DNA of 64,000 bases from Longimicrobiales bacterium (GTDB taxonomy: Bacteria > Gemmatimonadota > Gemmatimonadetes > Longimicrobiales > Gaopeijiaceae), in assembly GCA_965226375.1 (NCBI GenBank), contig CBDDCX010000008.1:256001-320000 (forward strand), in the 5' to 3' direction. The notes beneath the pieces were generated by a model. That model was not told the DNA's origin and ran no database searches. It saw only the letters and a program-made list of their open reading frames with translations. This document shows, piece by piece, positions 59,763-64,000 of the stretch. Position 1 is the first letter of the stretch; the number at the start of each line of letters is the position of its first letter. Both the position numbers and the translations under genes were made by a program.

Positions 59763-60903
59763 TACCGTGAAGTTGCCAGCACCCGGCAGCCCCTCCGGTA
59801 TCCAGCGGATATCGTGCTGGCCGAAAAAGATCTGGTCGGCTTCCGTGCCTCGCCCATACACCCGCGGATTCCCCCAGCGGTAGAGCAGGTCACCTCCGCG
59901 ACCCCAACGACCCCCCGTGCTGCCGCGGGCCTCCGCCGTGGTGGTGCTGTGGTCGATGACCCAGATCTCATTGAAGCGGCGTGGGCTCAGAACGATCTGA
60001 TCCAATTCGGCGTTGTACGCGATCGCATTGGAGTGCATGTGGTCCGACTCCGGATTGTGACCTTCACCTTCCGGCACGTACCCCAGCTCACGATACCGCG
60101 CGATGTCGGCAGGCGTGACGTTGCCCGGCACCTGGCGACCGGCATTGATGTCGACGAGCTCGGGGTGGGCCGACGGGTCAGCGAAATTACCCGCATTGTC
60201 ATCGTAGTCTTGGATCATGTGGTCCCAGGCGTGCCACTCCCACACGATCCGGCCGCCTGTGGAGCCCTGGGGCTCGATCTCGACGATCATGTCAGGCCAG
60301 ACGCCACTCTCGGGGGTCATCTCCGGCCGATACCCCATCTCCCCCACCTCTTCGCGCGACTTCGCTTCCCATGCAATCGCCAGGATGTTGCCGTTAGGAA
60401 GAAGCGCGGTGTCGTGATGCAGAAGGTGCTCCTCAGTGGCGCACCGGAAGTCCCAGACGACTTCGCCATCCCATGCGAACTCCTGGAGCCTGCCGCCCTG
60501 TCCGCCGCCACTGAATACCTCGACCTCCGGCATTTTTCCGCCCCGGAGCAGGTTGCCGTTGTCGAGCAGATAGACGGACCCGGTGGGGGCGTACTCGCTC
60601 TCCCACGTGTGAACGACGTCGCCGCTGTCCGCCTCGATCATATAGGTGGTCGACGATGTGAGGGGCGTGTAGTAGACGTATCCGGGCGCTTCCCCGGGCG
60701 GGCTCACCAAGGAGTCCGCGCGGCACATCAGATGTGCCGTGCGGCCCGAAGCGGGAAGTTCCTGGCTTTCTCATGATCAGGCCTCCACGGCCGAAACGAC
60801 TTTCTGTATGAGCGTGTTGCTGAACGGCGGGTGATAGCTGTGTGCCGGGGCGACGCCCGCCGGGGGTGGGAGGTCATCAACCCGTGCGGATGTCGGCCGA
60901 CGC

Positions 60904-62280
60904 TTACTGAGCGTCGCGCAACACGTCCAGCATGATGTCGATGCCTGCGTTGAGGTACGACCGAGGAATCGTGAGGGACGGCACCACGCGAATGAGGTTT
61001 CCGTACCGTCCGCACGGCACCATGATCACACCTCGCTGAAGCAGCGCGTCCACGATGGCTCCGGTTCGGTCACGGCTGATCGGTTCGCCGGTCTCCCGGT
61101 TCGCCACGAGTTCGACACCGATCATCAGACCACTACCACGAACGTCACCGATGATCTCCAGATCCTCGGCTGCAGCCCTCAACCGCTGCATGGCCTCTTC
61201 CCCGACCTCGGCCGCTCGCTGAACGAGACCGTCACGCTCGATAATGCCCAGATTGGTCAGGCACACCTCGGCCGAGAGGGCGTTGGCCGCGAAGGACTGC
61301 GGCTGTGAATGGTCGTCGAGCTGCGCGGCCAGGTCCCGGCGCATCAGGACACCGGCCATGGGGAGGTCTCCACCCATGCCCTTGCCGAAGGTCAACATGT
61401 CCGGCTCCACCCCGGCGTGCTCGACCGACCACATCTTCCCGGTACGGCCGGCGCCGGCCTGCACCTCGTCGACGATGAACAATGCACCGTGCTTTTCGCA
61501 GGCGGCCTTGACCGTCTGGACGAACTCCGGGTCCGGAAGCAGGTAGCCCCCCTCACCCTGGAGCGGCTCAATGATCACCGCTGCCACGTCGTCGGCTGCG
61601 GTGTACGGCGTGTTCAGCACGTGGTCGACGTAGCCTGCGCAGGCGATGTCGCAACTGCTGCGTTCCAGACCGAACGGACAGCGATAGCAGTACTGATATG
61701 GCACGTGGATCACGCCCGCCATGAAGGGCCCATAACCGGCCCGGAACTTATCGCCGGTCGTCAGCGAGTTCGCGGCGTGCCAGGTCCCGTGATACCCCCC
61801 GTGGAAGGCGACGATCTGATGCCTTCCCGTGACCCTCTTCGCGAACTTGACAGCGGTCTCCACCGCGCCACTGCCGCTCAGGGTGAAGTAGGCGACGCAG
61901 TTGTCGCGAAGTCCGGGTGGTGCGACCGCAACAAGCTTCTTGGCGAGTTCCCCGCGCTTGGTGTTGCTGATGTCGGATGCGTGCATGAGCACCTTGGACT
62001 GGCGCTCGATCGCCGCGACGACATCGGGATGGACCCGTCCGACGTTGTTGACCGCGACCCCTGCCGACATGTCGATGTAGAGGTTTCCGTCCGGATCGAG
62101 CACCGTCACACCCTTGCCGGTGTCGAAGATCAGCGGGAACCGCCCACCTCCACGGGTCATGGACTCGTAGTTCGGCACCTGCTCGAGCAAGGCTGCGCTC
62201 TTCGGTCCCGGAAGCACATCCGACACGATCTTCGGAGCGCCGGGGAACGACAGTGCCTCGAGCTCCTGTTCTGTGATCAT
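60904..62280 (-). CDS. class III PLP aminotransferase (GabT-like), copy 2
   Basis: Near-identical to copy 1 with scattered substitutions. Confidence 0.92.
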   Translation of the reverse strand: MITEQELEALSFPGAPKIVSDVLPGPKSAALLEQVPNYESMTRGGGRFPLIFDTGKGVTVLDPDGNLYIDMSAGVAVNNVGRVHPDVVAAIERQSKVLMHASDISNTKRGELAKKLVAVAPPGLRDNCVAYFTLSGSGAVETAVKFAKRVTGRHQIVAFHGGYHGTWHAANSLTTGDKFRAGYGPFMAGVIHVPYQYCYRCPFGLERSSCDIACAGYVDHVLNTPYTAADDVAAVIIEPLQGEGGYLLPDPEFVQTVKAACEKHGALFIVDEVQAGAGRTGKMWSVEHAGVEPDMLTFGKGMGGDLPMAGVLMRRDLAAQLDDHSQPQSFAANALSAEVCLTNLGIIERDGLVQRAAEVGEEAMQRLRAAAEDLEIIGDVRGSGLMIGVELVANRETGEPISRDRTGAIVDALLQRGVIMVPCGRYGNLIRVVPSLTIPRSYLNAGIDIMLDVLRDAQ

Positions 62281-62319
62281 ATGTTCTCCTCCTCGTTATG
62301 CGTTGTCCACATCGGGTCC

Positions 62320-63168
62320 TCAGAGCTCCATGAAGTCTTCGCCCAGGACGACCTCTCCGTCGAAATCCCGCTTCGCCTCCTGCGTCCAGACGTCGGCACT
62401 CGGCCCTCCGTCGGTGGGGATCATGTGGGTCAGCACCAGCATGCCCACATCAGCCGTTCTCGCGATCCGGCCGACGTCCGCCGTACGCGTGTGCGAGTTG
62501 ACGAGGTGTGAACGAAGTCCCTCGGGGGCTCCGACGGCCTCGACCAACGAGTCGATGCTCGGTAGGTGCATCACCTCATGCACGAGAATGTCGGCGCCTT
62601 GGGCCAGGGCAATCAGGTCGTCGTTCGGCGTAGTGTCCCCGGAGAAGACGTACGAGCGGTCGGGTGCGTCGATCCGGTACGCGTGAGCGAGCATCGGAGG
62701 ATGGTCGACGAGGCAGGTCGAGATGCGCACGTTCTCGTCCTCGTAGACGGGACCGGCGCCCGAAAGTTCGTGCACGTCGATCAATGCTTCCGGGCCAGGC
62801 CGACCCTCGTCGGCCATCCTCGTTTGCACGTCGACTTCTGCGAAGTCGAGATACGACTCGATCATCTTCCGAATCGGCTTCGGTCCGACGACCCGAACCG
62901 GGGAGGTCAGGCCCGTTCCCCAAGCGAGGATCAAGACCGCGCCGACGTCAGCCACATGGTCGGAGTGGTGGTGGGTCACGGCGACGACACGGAGGCGATT
63001 GATGTCCAGGCCGGCACGCACCAACTGGCGGCCCACTCCGTTTCCCGCATCGACCAGGTAGATGTCGTCGTTCACCACCACGGCGTGCGCCGGTGCCGAC
63101 CGCGCAACCTTGGGCGTCGGCCCCCCGGCCGTTCCGAGCAGCACCAGCCGACTGGCTCCCTCGCTCAC
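62320..63168 (-). CDS. MBL-fold hydrolase (RNase Z/AtsA arylsulfatase-like)
   Basis: LLGTAGGP, THHHSDH, SGDT, LVHE, LTH; GTGA overlap with the decarboxylase stop. Confidence 0.85.
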   Translation of the reverse strand: MSEGASRLVLLGTAGGPTPKVARSAPAHAVVVNDDIYLVDAGNGVGRQLVRAGLDINRLRVVAVTHHHSDHVADVGAVLILAWGTGLTSPVRVVGPKPIRKMIESYLDFAEVDVQTRMADEGRPGPEALIDVHELSGAGPVYEDENVRISTCLVDHPPMLAHAYRIDAPDRSYVFSGDTTPNDDLIALAQGADILVHEVMHLPSIDSLVEAVGAPEGLRSHLVNSHTRTADVGRIARTADVGMLVLTHMIPTDGGPSADVWTQEAKRDFDGEVVLGEDFMEL

Positions 63169-64000
63169 GAAGCCGCGCGGTCGATGATGCTCCACAGTCG
63201 GTCGACGTCCTCGGCGGTCGTCCACGTCGAACCGACCGACACCCGGATGAAGCGCTCCGAGCCGAGGCTCGAACCGATCAGAAAGACGTTGGGCACCGAG
63301 TTGATCGCATCCAGTAACGCGTCGGTGGCCTCGTTCCCCGAACGGTGACGGAAGCACACCACACCGAAGGAGACCGGAGTAGTCAGGGCGAGGTGGTCGT
63401 GCTGTTCGATCCTCCCGGCAACCGTCACTGCGAGACGGATGTATTCCCGGAGGTGGTGCCGGAGCCCCTCGGCGCCATAGCTGCGCAGCACCCACCACAG
63501 CTTGAGCGCCCGGAACCGCCGGCCCAGGGGCACCTGCCAGTCGCGGTAGTCGATCACCCGGCCGGACTCCGAAGCCTGATTCCTCAGATACGGAGGCGTG
63601 ATGGACATGGTGTCGATCAGCGCTGCACGGTCGGCGACCCAGAGAACGTTGCAGTCGAAGTTCGTGAACATCCACTTGTGGGGATTGACCGTGTAGCTGT
63701 CTGCCGACTCGGCGCCGTCCTGGAGGTGCCGAAACTCCGGACAGACCATGACGGATCCGGCATAGGCCGCGTCGACGTGGTGCCACATGCCTTCGTCGCT
63801 CGCAATCTGCGACATCGCGGCGATGGGATCGACCGCCGCAGTCCCTGTCGTACCGAGGACGCTCGTGACGATGAGCGGCGTCAGCCCCGCGTCTCGATCG
63901 GCGGCGATCGCCGCTCGGAGCGGCACCGGGTCGAGACTCCAGTTCTCATCGACGTCGATCGCCCGGAAGTGCTCGATGCCGGCGACGCGTGCCCCCTTCT
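63165..64000 (-). CDS. PLP-dependent aromatic-L-amino-acid decarboxylase (group II), C-terminal part
   Basis: GTTGTAAVD, HVDAAYAG, NPHKW, DYRDWQVPLGRRFRALKLW. Confidence 0.92.
   Translation of the reverse strand, partial: KGARVAGIEHFRAIDVDENWSLDPVPLRAAIAADRDAGLTPLIVTSVLGTTGTAAVDPIAAMSQIASDEGMWHHVDAAYAGSVMVCPEFRHLQDGAESADSYTVNPHKWMFTNFDCNVLWVADRAALIDTMSITPPYLRNQASESGRVIDYRDWQVPLGRRFRALKLWWVLRSYGAEGLRHHLREYIRLAVTVAGRIEQHDHLALTTPVSFGVVCFRHRSGNEATDALLDAINSVPNVFLIGSSLGSERFIRVSVGSTWTTAEDVDRLWSIIDRAAS

Larger units (their letters stand above)
58241..60774 (-). pseudogene. arylsulfotransferase copy 2, inactivated
   Basis: IS inserted at 58696-59762, signal-peptide core deleted and a +1 frameshift near 60710 relative to copy 1. 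Confidence 0.9.
54774..62297 (-). repeat. tandem duplication of an aminotransferase plus arylsulfotransferase unit (about 54774-58055 and 58248-62297)
   Basis: Near-identical coding sequences and a shared upstream RBS region (tgttctcctcctcgtt). Confidence 0.92.

Overview
A GC-rich bacterial chromosomal segment with no rRNA, tRNA or CRISPR array that I could see. The protein repertoire suggests Gemmatimonadota or a similar marine heterotroph (inference): N-terminally anchored TPR protein, many lipoprotein hydrolases, DUF5916 and LVIVD propellers. Contents: (1) pdxH, a GNAT acetyltransferase and a DUF3179 gene with an in-frame UGA in a UxxC motif, probably a selenoprotein. (2) Many exported hydrolases: serine hydrolase, M81, CocE, M15D, S9, an M16 pair, an amidase and amidohydrolases. 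(3) fhs. (4) A metal locus in which a P1B-ATPase diverges from a membrane-anchored DtxR-FeoA-FeoA fusion plus feoB across a palindromic operator. (5) cphB cut off from its neighbours by an IS1595-family element. (6) Three LVIVD-type His-rich propeller genes near a phosphate-type porin. (7) Acetoacetate-CoA ligase and fahA. (8) At the right end, a minus-strand operon of aromatic amino acid decarboxylase, MBL-fold hydrolase and a duplicated unit of class III aminotransferase plus arylsulfotransferase; one sulfotransferase copy is inactivated by a second copy of the same IS. There are also several unannotated gene remnants and frameshifts, some of which look like sequencing or assembly artefacts.
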